Shown piece after piece: positions 12,826 to 23,718 of a DNA stretch of 64,000 nucleotides (position 1 is its first letter; each line of letters begins with the position of its first letter). The notes under the pieces are model-generated. The model searched no databases, had not been told where the DNA came from, and saw only the letters and a program-made list of their open reading frames with translations. Source of the DNA: Selaginella moellendorffii (Eukaryota; Plantae; Lycopodiophyta); contig NW_003314280.1 in NCBI RefSeq assembly GCF_000143415.4, positions 1,235,193 to 1,299,192 of the forward strand, read 5' to 3'. A program made the position numbers and the translations under genes.

Positions 12826-15800
12826 GCACCCCCTCCTCAAGAACGAGTGGAACGAGGATGTGAATGAGAACGACGAGGAGGATGAGATGAGCTGTAAGGG
12901 ATGGGAGATGGAGAAAAAGAATGAGGACTGGGACGAGAAGGATAACGGCGGTAGAAGTCCTGAACAAGGTCAGGAGAATGAATCAGGTTGTCCGCAGGTT
13001 CCCAAGTGCGTTCTTCAGGCCCGTAACCCTTTCAGTTGACCAGATAGTAGAGTTTAGACCGTGAAATCTTGGAATCAAGGATGTCCTGAACCTCGTACTC
13101 AGACCCATCCTCGAGCTGCACTGGTGGAGGTGGAGGAATGACCCAATCGGGAATAGTACTGGGAATATAAGGCTCAAGGAGAGAGGAATGAAAAACGGGG
13201 TGAATTTGATATGAGGAGGGAAGTGCAAGGCGATAAGTGACAGGATTAATGATGGCAGTGATAGGGAAAGGACCGAGGCGTTTGAAATCAAGTTTTGGAC
13301 AGGGCCTGGTGGTGGAGATATTTTGCCAGAGGAGCCAGACTTTATCCCCGATATTGTAAGGGGGACAATCCTGACGATGGACATTGGCAAATGTTTTGTG
13401 AGATTCCTGAGCACGATGGAGGTGGAAGGAGATGGAGTTGTGGATTTCTTGGAGGTTGGAGACAAATGCCTCAGAGCGAGGATTTGAATGAGAGGATTCG
13501 GATGAAGAAGGAAGTGAGAGATTGAATCGGGGATTTCGGCCAGAGTTTGCAAAGAAGGGGGAAATTCGAAGAGAGGAGTGAACAAAGTTGTTATAGGAGA
13601 ACTCAGCAAGGGGAAGGATATCGAACCAGTTATCCTAATGATAGTTGATGAAACACCTCAAGAATTGTTCCAACGTCTGAATCGTTCGCTCGGACTGCCT
13701 ATCAGTTTGAGGATGATATGCCGAAGAGAGGTTGGCCTTCACTCCAAGCAGCTGCAAAAACCGTTTCCAGAAATGAGAGATGAACTGAGGCCCCCGATCC
13801 GAAACCACATCTATAGGAATCCCATGAAGTCAGAAAATTTCCCTGAATACCAGTTTTGCCATGTCCTCGCCCAAAAACTCCTTGGTACATGGCAAGAAGT
13901 GCGCCATCTTTGTGAAGCGATCCACCACGACTAAAATGCTGTTGAAGCCTCCAGAACTCGGAAGATCACTCAAAAAATCCATGGAGATGGATTCCCAAGG
14001 ACCTGAAGGGACCGGAAGGGAACAAAGCAAACCTGAAGGAAGGAGGTACCTTATTCTGGGCGCAAGTGTCACAGGAGGTAACAAAAGCTTTGATGTAGTC
14101 ATTCATGTGAGGCCACCAAAAGTCCCATGCAACTAGCTCATAGGTTTTCGCAATGCCAAAGTGACCAGCAATCGGGCTATCGTGGCACGCCATCAGGACC
14201 AACCTTCGAGCATCACCTTCAGGAATGTAAAGTTGCTCCCCACGGTATAATAAGCCATCTAAGAACTCAAACTCGTCAAATCGCCGGCAGTCGGGAGTCA
14301 CAGGGTGTCCAGCCTGAAGATGGGGGAAAATGTCGCTGGCGAGATCATCGGATTGAAGATCGTTTCTGATTGCATCCATCAAGGAGGAGTCCTGCGGGGC
14401 CAGGGAAATTGCCATAACTTGAAACCGATAAGGACCGAGGATAACTTGATCCTGTTGATCGAAGGCAGGATTACCAGGCCTGAGACTGAGATAGGAGCGC
14501 CTTGAAAGAGCATCAGGAAGGCCTTGAAGCTTTCCAGGTCTGTACTTGATAACAAAGTCAAACCGACTCAGGAATTGTGCCCACCTTGCTTGACGACGGC
14601 TTAAAACTCGGGAAGTGGCAAAGTACTCGAGATTTTTGTGATCCGTCCAGACTGTTGTTTGATGGCCCGCCCCCTCCAAGAAACGGCGCCACTCTCCAAA
14701 GGAATCCACGATGGCAAGGAGCTCCTTGTCGTGGATTTCGTAATTGATCTCCGCAGGCTGAAATTTCCGAGAATGGAAAGTGACCAGATGAAGTTCTTGA
14801 TCCGCTCCGAGTTGAGACAACACAGCACCGATGGCAAAGTTGGAGGCGTCAACCTCGATGAAGAAAGGTTGTGAGGAATCAGCATGGATCAAAACGGGAG
14901 CAGAACTGAAGGCTGCCTTGAGTGTGTCGAAGGCATACTGGGCAGCAGCAAACCAAGAGAAGGGAACATCCTTGCGAGTGAGATGTGTGAGAGGAAGGAC
15001 AATGTCAGAGTAATGATCAATGAATTTGCGGTAGAAGTTGGCAAAGCCAAGGAAAACCTGAATGTCCGACATTGATTATGGAGGCTCCCACTCGAGAATA
15101 GTCTTGACTTTGGCAGAATCCATCGTGATACCCTCAGAAGTGATAATGTACCCAAGGAACTCCACAGACTGCTAATCGAAGGAACATTTCTCAAGCTTCG
15201 CGTATAGGCCGTGTTCTCGCAGCTTCGCCAGCACCTTGCGTACATGTTCGTCGTGCTCCTCCTGAGTTTTTTAGTAGATGAGGATGTCATTGAGGTAGAT
15301 GATCACCATCTGATCAAGAAACTCCCGAAAGACATCGTTCACCACGTGTTGGAAAACTGCTAGAGCATTTCTCAAGCCAAATGGCATGAAAGTGTACTCG
15401 AAGTGGCCATAGCGGGTTCGGAACGCAGTCTTCCATTCATCACTAGGCCAGATCCAGATCAGGTTGTATGCGCCACGGAGGTCAATCTTGGTGAAGAAGC
15501 GGGCACCACCGAGGCGTTCCAACAGGTCTGAGATCAGGGGCAGCGGATAACAGTTCCAAACAATCACCTTGTTCAAACCTCGGTAATCAATGACTAGCTG
15601 CAAACTCCCATCCTTCTTCTTGACAAAGAAGACAGGCGCTCCAGCTGGGGACTGCGAATGCTAAATGTACCCCGAGGCAAGGTTCTCATCCACGTACTCT
15701 TTGAGGGCCTTAAGCTCGAACGGGGATAACCCGCAGATAGGCCCCCACGGAGGTGACGCTCCTTCCTGTAAATCAATGGGATAATCATAAGCCAATGAAC

Positions 15801-16559
15801 AGGCAGTACACTAGCTTTTTTCTTGTCAAACACATCCCCAAAATCATGATACTTCTCAGGAAGACTGACAGGAAAAACATGCAAAGCAAAAACGAAAATA
15901 GGTTCTTCATGAAGGAGTTCTTTCATAGTGATTGTGGAGATAGGAGGAGGTGTACGACTAAATGGAATGATGAGACGAGGATACTGTCCAGTGTAAGATG
16001 GAAGAGAGGAAAAAGAAGAGGGTGAAAACTTCGTAGAGTCAGGAATAGAACCCCGATTTAAGTTTAGGGAACTTTTCCTGATTCGGACTCGATGAACAGC
16101 AGGGGAAGCCATGGGAGATGGTGATGTGGGAGAGATGAGCTGTAATTCCTTCCAACAAATTTGAGGCTGATGTAGTTGGAACCAAGGAAGACCGAGCACC
16201 ACAGAGGAGGACTTGCTGTTGATGATGTTGAAGGCGATATCGGTGACAGTGGACCCGATGTGTACTCGAACGGGCAACATTTCCCTAAGTCCAGAAGATG
16301 GAGACACAAAATGCCCGCCAATGCCTTCAACCCTCAGATCCCGTATGGTAGGAGAAAGAGGAACATGATGTTGGGCAGCAAAGTCCGTGTCCATGAAGCA
16401 GGAAGTTGCACCCGAGTCCAGTAGCGCCAAAGCCTTGAGTCCTGATTGTCCGGTGAAAGAAAGGAGATATGGGACGCGGAAGTTGCGGGAATTACTGGTG
16501 GCTTTGATGAAAGGTGGTGAGGAGCTTGATAAAGAAGAAAAGTGATTTTTATTCGGGGA

Positions 16560-16604
16560 GTCCAAATAGACAGCTCCTACTCTGTTTGGACAGGGTCGTT
16601 TCCC
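16560..16604 (-). promoter_or_regulatory. Putative -1 ribosomal frameshift signal at the gag/pol junction of C
   Basis: G GGA AAC heptamer in gag phase (16598-16604), 6-nt spacer, then an 11-bp stem with one mismatch (16560-16591). pol is in the -1 frame. Confidence 0.75.
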
Positions 16605-17629
16605 AACTGCAACAGAGGTGGACTTTGAGGCAGAGTGAACTCGAGCAGTCGAGGAGGCTTCTTGGGACACACAGCTGCTTTGTGATTAGGATCAACATAG
16701 TAAAGGCAAAGATTATGAGATATTCGACGTTGCTTCTCAGTAGGACTCAACTTCCCTCTAATGAGTCGGGGAGTACCAGAAATATCCATCGGGACCAGAG
16801 CAGTAGGTTCAGGAGTATGCCCCGAAGACTCAAGCTGGGATTCCTAAGTTTGGGACGGAAAAACAGCGGCGCGGCAACTTTCCTAACGACATTCAAAGAG
16901 ACGATTGTCACATCGAACAGCTTTGGTGATGGCGTCCGACAGGTCCTTGGGATCCTCCATGGTGAGCAACAAATCCTTGACACCGTTGTTGAGGCCGAAA
17001 CGAAATTGGTCAATCAGGGCCCGCTTATCCCACTAAGTGTCCAAGGCAAGGAGTTGGAACTCTGCAGCGTAGATTGAGGCAGGACGAGACCCCTGAGAGA
17101 GACGTCTCATCTTTGTAGTAGCAACCCGAACCCGATCTATCTCACCAAAACATGCTTCAAGCTTCTCTTTGAACAATTGAAGATCCATCAGCTTCGGAAC
17201 CACGACCCCTTTCATGCTCTTCTCCAGAAGAGGAGAAAACCATGACAAAGCTGCACCTTCGAGCAATGTCCCAATCACGCCAACTTGAGACTCGGGAGTG
17301 GGGTACCGCTGATGTTGAAGTGCAAAGATCAGCTCCATTTGGTTCAAAAATTCGCGAAGCTCAGAATGCTTGCCTGAAATTTTCGCTGGGAAACTCACCT
17401 TCGGTTCAGGAACTTTGCTGGATCCCTGAGCCGAAAGTGAAGCAAGCTCCTGATGCATGCGAAGAAGGGTCGCCTTTAGCTTGGTATTCTCAGACTGGAT
17501 TTTTGTAAGGACTTCGGCAAAGAAATCAGGATGGCTTGGAGACTCCATCGGCAAGAAGAAAGGAAAAAAAAGGGGAAAAAAGACAAAGGCAATCAAATAA
17601 TCCAAACAAGCTAAAACAAAAGCAAAAAG

Positions 17630-17644
17630 CACAATCTGAATCAA
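17630..17644 (-). promoter_or_regulatory. Putative self-priming primer-binding site of C
   Basis: Starts 2 nt inside the 5' LTR boundary and lacks the TGG of a tRNA PBS. Perfect 15-nt complement of LTR positions 17736-17750. Confidence 0.75.
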
Positions 17645-17646
17645 AC

Positions 17647-18042
17647 TATCAAGACCCCCAACAAGATCAAGACTGGAAAATGCAAAAGACAAAGAGAAAA
17701 GCTAATGGAAACAAAAAAAAGGCCTTAGACTAGCGTTGATTCAGATTGTGGAGAAATGGAACAAGGCTAACCTATATATACTATAGGTTGATGAAGCTCC
17801 ACCACTCTTGGATCGAGGACGGCCTAAATATAGCTGAGGTTGAGGAGGCACCACATCAATATCAGGAATGTGGCTCGAGACTCAGGAATCGTACAGGAAA
17901 TTAGAGAGTCTTGAGAGTCAGGAATAGGGAAGTGTCTTGAGAGTCAGGAATAGGGAAGTGTCTCAAGAATCAGGAATGTGGTCTGCAGGTTAGGAATCCG
18001 GCAAGAGTCAGAAATGTGGCAAGAATTGGGGGATTCCTGACA
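17647..18042 (-). repeat. 5' LTR of element C
   Basis: Direct repeat of 12439-12825; TATA-like tract at 17773-17780. Confidence 0.93.
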
Positions 18043-18603
18043 GATAGTTCGGCATGCCTCTGAAGTTGGGTGGTTTCAGAGGCTTGAACTTTGAAACTCG
18101 TGCAACTGGGGGCGGCTGCAAAACTTCATCATCCTCAGAACTTGAGGAGGAGTCCGGTTGCTTAGGCTTAGCTGGTTTAGTTGCCTCAGCTTCTTTCTTC
18201 TTCTTTTTGTTCTCCTTCTTCAATTTGCAAATCTCCTTTCGCAAATTCTTGATCTCAACTTCTTGAGCCATACGTTACAATGCCACAGCATCTGGCTCTT
18301 CCTCTTTTGACTCGGCCTCAGCCTCTATTGCAACATTTCTAGCAGGAGTTTCCTCCTCTCGATTTGCTCGTCTAGAGGTTTCAGCGTCATCAACATGGTT
18401 CCTTTTCACCATCCCGCTAGCTGCATGCATGTCTCTATCAGTAACTGAACATGCTTACAACATTCTTACTGAATGGTGCAATCCAATTAATTTTACACAG
18501 GTCGCTTCGGATCTACTAGAAAAGTCTTTGCGTATGCAACTTGAGTTAGAAAATCCGACAAAAGTTGGATAGGAATCGCTGAAACAATTTCTCTGATACC
18601 AAA

Positions 18604-19539
18604 TGTAGCACACCTGAATTTGGAGCTGAACTCCAAGCCCGTTGCACTACAAAACGAGGATCCGGTACAATCCCACGAGCACCAGCTCCCCGTATCTAGC
18701 ACCTGCATGCAAAATGGTGTTAGACAAAGTCTGGCACAATTTTGATATACCGGTGGCCTAACACAAGGAGGAGGGTACCCCACCGACTAGAGCAGCATGG
18801 AGCTTGGGCTTAGACCCAAATTGGACGCAAAACAAGGAGCGACACAACCCAACAGGAGCCAAATTAATGTCTCAGGTGGTCGGATACATTCCAACCATTA
18901 TCCCTACTATATATTTGAAACCTCCCCCAACCCCCCCTCCCTCCCCAACCCCCCCCCCCCTACATGCTTTGGGCTTTCACCCGAAGCCTCCCTTAGTACC
19001 AGGAGTTAGTCTCTGGGACAAGCTTGAAACTTATTAAATATTAAATATAGAATGGCACTAGATTGCGAATTTGGACATGGAACGAACACTATTATGTTTG
19101 GGCTGATCTTTACATTCCGTCGATATGCCAAATGAGCTAATCTAGACACTTTCTATAAATAGCATTTGGGACTGAAATGAGACCAACACAAAAGACGTGA
19201 TAGCGAGGGTGTTTGACAGACACGGTAAACTATCATTCAGTGATATTAAGGGACTAGTCTTAATATGTGAGGGTTTTTGTCACTAACAAGTGCAAGACAA
19301 AACGAGACAGGAACTCTTTACCAAGCTAAGTATGCTTAGCTAATAGCACTTAGGAATTCCGTCCTTATGCTCGTTTGGTCTAAGTACACTTGAAATGCCC
19401 AGTTAACTCCACTAGCACAAAAGGGGCTACTAAAGGAATTCAACTATACCGACCTCCTGTCATCATGGCAGTAAGGAAAGAGTATCCGTAAGGACTAGCC
19501 GAAAAATATCTTTTGATACCCAAAGTTACATTTGTGACA
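18604..19539 (-). repeat. 5' LTR of element B
   Basis: TG...CA termini; reverse complement of 26589-27527; PBS adjacent. Confidence 0.92.
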
Positions 19540-19884
19540 CTATTTGTAACATTTGCATTTGAGTCCAATTTCATGAATTTGAGTTATAAATGTCTCTAAT
19601 TGCTGCCAAAAAGCTAAATCAATTTTACTGTCACAACAACCACATTATTAAAATTGAACAACATAGCTCTAAAACCTCCTCATTGAGAACACTAAGTCAC
19701 ACTTAATAATGACAATGACAATGAATGGGATGTCGGTCAATGACCGTCGTGTACCATTCTAAATGCATATATGCCCATCTCATTGGCATCTGGCCTCCGT
19801 CCAATTGAAAAATGCCACCTGGACTATGCCACGCGTGAGTTTCTTACGCAAGTAGAATATACTGTCACTTGTTTGTTGTGAGAA

Positions 19885-21642
19885 ATGGAGGGCATTGGCA
19901 AGGCAGTGTGGACGGGCGCGCTGCTCGTGTTGCTAGCACTGGTTGCGAAGCTATGGCGATCGATCGTCACCAGGTATTGGCTGGAGCCAAGATCGCTCGA
20001 CACAAGGATTCGAAGTCAGGGTATCGAGGGGCCGCCAAGGACTTTCTTGGCCGGGAATATGCTCCAGGTGATGAAGATGAGAGACACTGCCAAGGAGCGG
20101 GACATGGCAGGCTTGAATCACGACATTGTGGAACATGTGTTGCTGGATTACCACCAGTGGTCCAAGGAATACGGTTAGTCTCTCTTCTCGTTTCTATCGT
20201 AAGTTGAGTTAGACTCTGGAGGATTTCTTCCCAGGAAAGATGTATTTCTACTGGTGGGCGATGGAGCCCAGGATCATGGTCACGGAGCCCGAGCTCATCA
20301 GAGAAGTTCTTGCCAAGAAAGCTACTCAGTTTGAGAAATCGGACATGGTGGTTTCCGCAATTGTATCGATAATCGGCAGAGGGCTCGTTGCCTTGAATGG
20401 TGACGAGTGGAGTTACCATCGACGTGTTGTGGCTCCAGCTTTCTACCTAGAGAAGCTCAAGGTTGCATTTCTTTTTCTTTCCTTCTTCATATCAACTTTG
20501 ATCACTTCATAACAATCAGAAAATGGTGCCTCGTATCGGACAATGCGCGCTCGAGATGCTAGACAGGTGTGAAGAAACGCTCCGCGAGCAGCCCGAGATT
20601 GAAATGAGTGGTGAATTCTCAAAGCTGGCAGCAGACATTATCTCCCACACGGCATTCGGAAGCAGCTATCTCAAAGGCCAGAAGGTCTTCCAATTCTTGA
20701 GAGCAATCCCAGAGCAGCATTCCAAGATCGATCGATACAACTATTTGCCAGGCAAAAGGTGATCATCGTTTTATTCTAGCACGTACTATAACACGATCTC
20801 GTCATCGACCGTAGATTCCTTCCGTTTCCAGCAAACTTTCGATTGAGAAAGCTCTACAGCGACCTCGACTCGCTGCTGCTGGCCTTGATCAAGGAGCGGC
20901 GAGATCAGAGTGGCCAGAGTCATGACTTGCTGGGGCTGATGCTTGCCGAGGCTGGAAACTCTTCTTTCGACGATCGGGCCGTGATGGAGGAGTGCAAGAC
21001 TTTCTACCTTGCTGGCCACGAGACGACGGCATCTCTCCTCACCTGGTCTATGATGCTGCTGGCTTTGCATCCGGAATGGCAAGAGCGCGCTCGCGTGGAG
21101 GCTCAGGAAGCATTCGGCGGTGCCACTCCGGAAGCCGATTCAATCAGCAAGCTTAAGCTGGTAAGGTTTTGAGTCAATCCTTTCAAGTTTCATGAGCTCA
21201 AGATTAGTTTTTCTAGATCAACATGATCCTCCACGAAAGTCTTCGCCTGTATCCACCGGTGGTATTTTTCATGCGAGCATGTTTCGAGAACACAACACTG
21301 GGAGATATCCTTGTTCCAAAGGGAGTTGGGATCACGTTTCCAGTCCTTGCCATCCACCACGACAAGGAGCTCTGGGGGGAGGACGCCCACGAGTTCAATC
21401 CAGAGCGCTTCAAGGATGGCGTTGCCAAGGCGTCCAAGCATCCGAACGCGTTCCTGGCCTTCTCGCTCGGGCCCCGCGTGTGCGTCGGCCAGTCCTTTGC
21501 ACTCATGGAAGCCAAGATCGCCTTGGCCACCATTCTCCAGCGCTTCCGGTTTCGGTTGTCGCCATCGTATCGCCACTGCCCGGTGTTCAAAGTTACGCTC
21601 AGACCTCGCCACGGTCTTCCTCTCGTCATGGAGAAAATATAA
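19885..21642 (+). CDS. Cytochrome P450, CYP72 clan (CYP-3), 5 exons, 508 aa, close paralog of CYP-2
   Basis: Exons 19885-20173, 20235-20461, 20520-20758, 20815-21160, 21217-21642, same lengths as in CYP-2. AGHETT, ESLR, PERF, FSLGPRVCVG. Confidence 0.93.
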
Positions 21643-22379
21643 TGGTACCTGCAGCATCACCATGCCCATACTAGAAATTAGTAACCATACTAGTAACCTT
21701 ACTAGTATTATTTATTAATCCAATTAAATAATTGAAAGTTTATATATATAGACATGTTTAGAATTTATGGTAGAATAACCAGAATATACTACAAAGTGTT
21801 TATATTATAAACACGTTTATAAATTATAAATATAAAACTAATCTAAATAAATAACAACCTTTAAGTTTTAACAAAAACAAGAATGAAAACCTGAAAACTA
21901 GAAGTTCAACTAAAACCTTAAACTCATACTCCAAGAGCTACATAGGAACAAAAGCTTTTATTCCTTTCACAATTTAATTAAGACTTCAGTTAGCAGCTTA
22001 ATCCACTCTTGCCCACAGTGCAAGCACACTATACTCACTTGCTACTCACTGGATAACCTTGCTTGTTTTGCATATTGCCGCACTTAAATATGCTGTGTTA
22101 CCACATTGGCTCTACACTGTGCTCCATTGTTCTGCCTCTCCAACTCATGCAAAGCTCCACTTGTCATTCTTCTTTCTTCCCTAACTTCTTCTAATTTCAT
22201 TTCTTCTTGTAATGAACTCTTCCACTCCACGACTTGCCAACTCTTCAAATATTAAAAAAACAAAAGAAAATGCCATATCTTGACAATGTTTTATCACCGA
22301 CATCACCCCACCACTATACTTGGCCTTGAGGCACAAAAAAGGTTGTTCAAAGTATTTCTTCACACAATAACTATTCACT

Positions 22380-23718
22380 CACATTGGCAATAAGTTCTTT
22401 GTAAAATCCTGAAGTTGGACTGATCCATTTCCGACTGCCACTAGATACCCTGTCCAATGACACTTCAGCTTTCCAAGGCGTTTCCAATACTTCGAATTAT
22501 AGAGAAAAACTTTATCACCAACTAGAAACTCTTTCTTGTGCAAGTGCCAATTATGCCAAACTTTGCAACATTGTTGAATCACTACACGAGCTTGAAATGC
22601 CAAGAGCCGCCTCTCATCTAACTTATCCAGCTGCTGCAACCTGTTTTTGATAGCCCTGTCTCAGTCAAGATCATGTTCCATAGCTATACACAAAGATGGA
22701 ATTTCTAGCTCAATCGGCAATACTACTTCCTGTCTATACACCAGCTGAAACGGTGAAGCCTGTGTCATCACTTTGAAAGCCACCCTGTAAGCCCAAATTG
22801 CATCTAAAAGCCACTTGTCCCAATCTGTCCTGTTGGCTGAACAAGTCTTTAAAATAATATTGTGAAATATACTATTAGTCCGCTCAACCCAACCATTACA
22901 ACGAGGATAATATGGTGTCGATTTCCTATGAGCGACATTATACAGTTTTGTCAATGAAGCTACCATTTCATTCAGAAAATGAGAACCTTTGTCACTAACT
23001 AACTCTAAAGAACAACCAAACCTAGTAATGACTTGCTCATACAAGAATTTAGCAACTTTCCTGCCTATAACTTCCTTCAACGCTTTCACCTCAGCCCACT
23101 TGGTCACATAATCTGTATAAACTACAGTGAGTATGCTTGGAAGATGGAAGAGGTCCCACAAAATCAATTCCCCACTTCTCAAATGGTAAAACTGGAAGAA
23201 GTGATTGCAATGGTATCATATCATGTTGTGTCAACTCCCCCATCCTCTGATATGGATCACAACCTCACACATAATCTATAATATCTTTGTGCATAGTCAG
23301 CCACCAATAACCTGCTCTCTTCACCAACTTGACTATGTCCAAAATGTCCACCAACCAGTGAATCATGGCAAGAACATATAATTGAAGATACCTCATGTGA
23401 TAAAACACATCTCCTGAGCACACCATCATTTCCCACTCAATAAAACTACCTTGCAATAAGAGTAAATCATTGAGACTGAAGGAGTAATTGTTTCTTTTGC
23501 TTGCTTGAAAATTCTAGAGGATACTTGCCACTTGCCAAAAATTGCACTAACTCAGAATACCACTCATTCAACTTGAAAAATCTACTTGTTTAAGCTTTCA
23601 AGATCCACCTAAAACGATTTGCATCTGGTAGCTCATCATCGACACCTTTTTCTTCATCCACAATAAGAGTTAGCAACTGAGAAATATGATCTAGCATAGT
23701 ATGATATTGTCTAGGCTT
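22380..23718 (-). mobile_element. Element A, 3' part (end of RNase H and integrase), displaced by inversion
   Basis: KPRQYHTMLDHISQL...DDELPDA; DYVTKWAEVKAL..ITRFGCSLELVSDKGSHF..STPYYPRCNGWVERTN; GDKVFLYNS. Confidence 0.88.

Larger units (their letters stand above)
12439..18042 (-). mobile_element. Full-length Tcn1/sushi-like chromovirus (element C) nested in the gag of B; TSD GATAG
   Basis: LTRs 17647-18042 and 12439-12825; GATAG at 12434-12438 and 18043-18047; PPT about 12826-12840. gag, protease ALLDSGAT, RT, RNase H (EVDASN, DHKNL), integrase (GHFG..C..C), chromodomain YEVQDILDSK..YLVN*KGYGPEERTWEP. Several stops and frameshifts. Confidence 0.95.
10373..19539 (-). mobile_element. Chromovirus (Ty3/gypsy) element B, 5' half: 5' LTR, PBS, gag (split by element C), protease, N-terminal RT
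   Basis: PBS TGGTATCAGAG (tRNA-iMet) at 18591-18601. gag ORFs 18008-18271 and 11910-12428; zinc knuckle CFHCGELGHKSSKC; protease MIDTGA; [12 protein letters not shown] and YIDD. Confidence 0.92.

Noticed and set aside
6475-21642. CYP-2/CYP-3 as an inverted (head-to-head) duplication
   Set aside because: The orientation is explained by the later 10373-23718 inversion of a tandem array.
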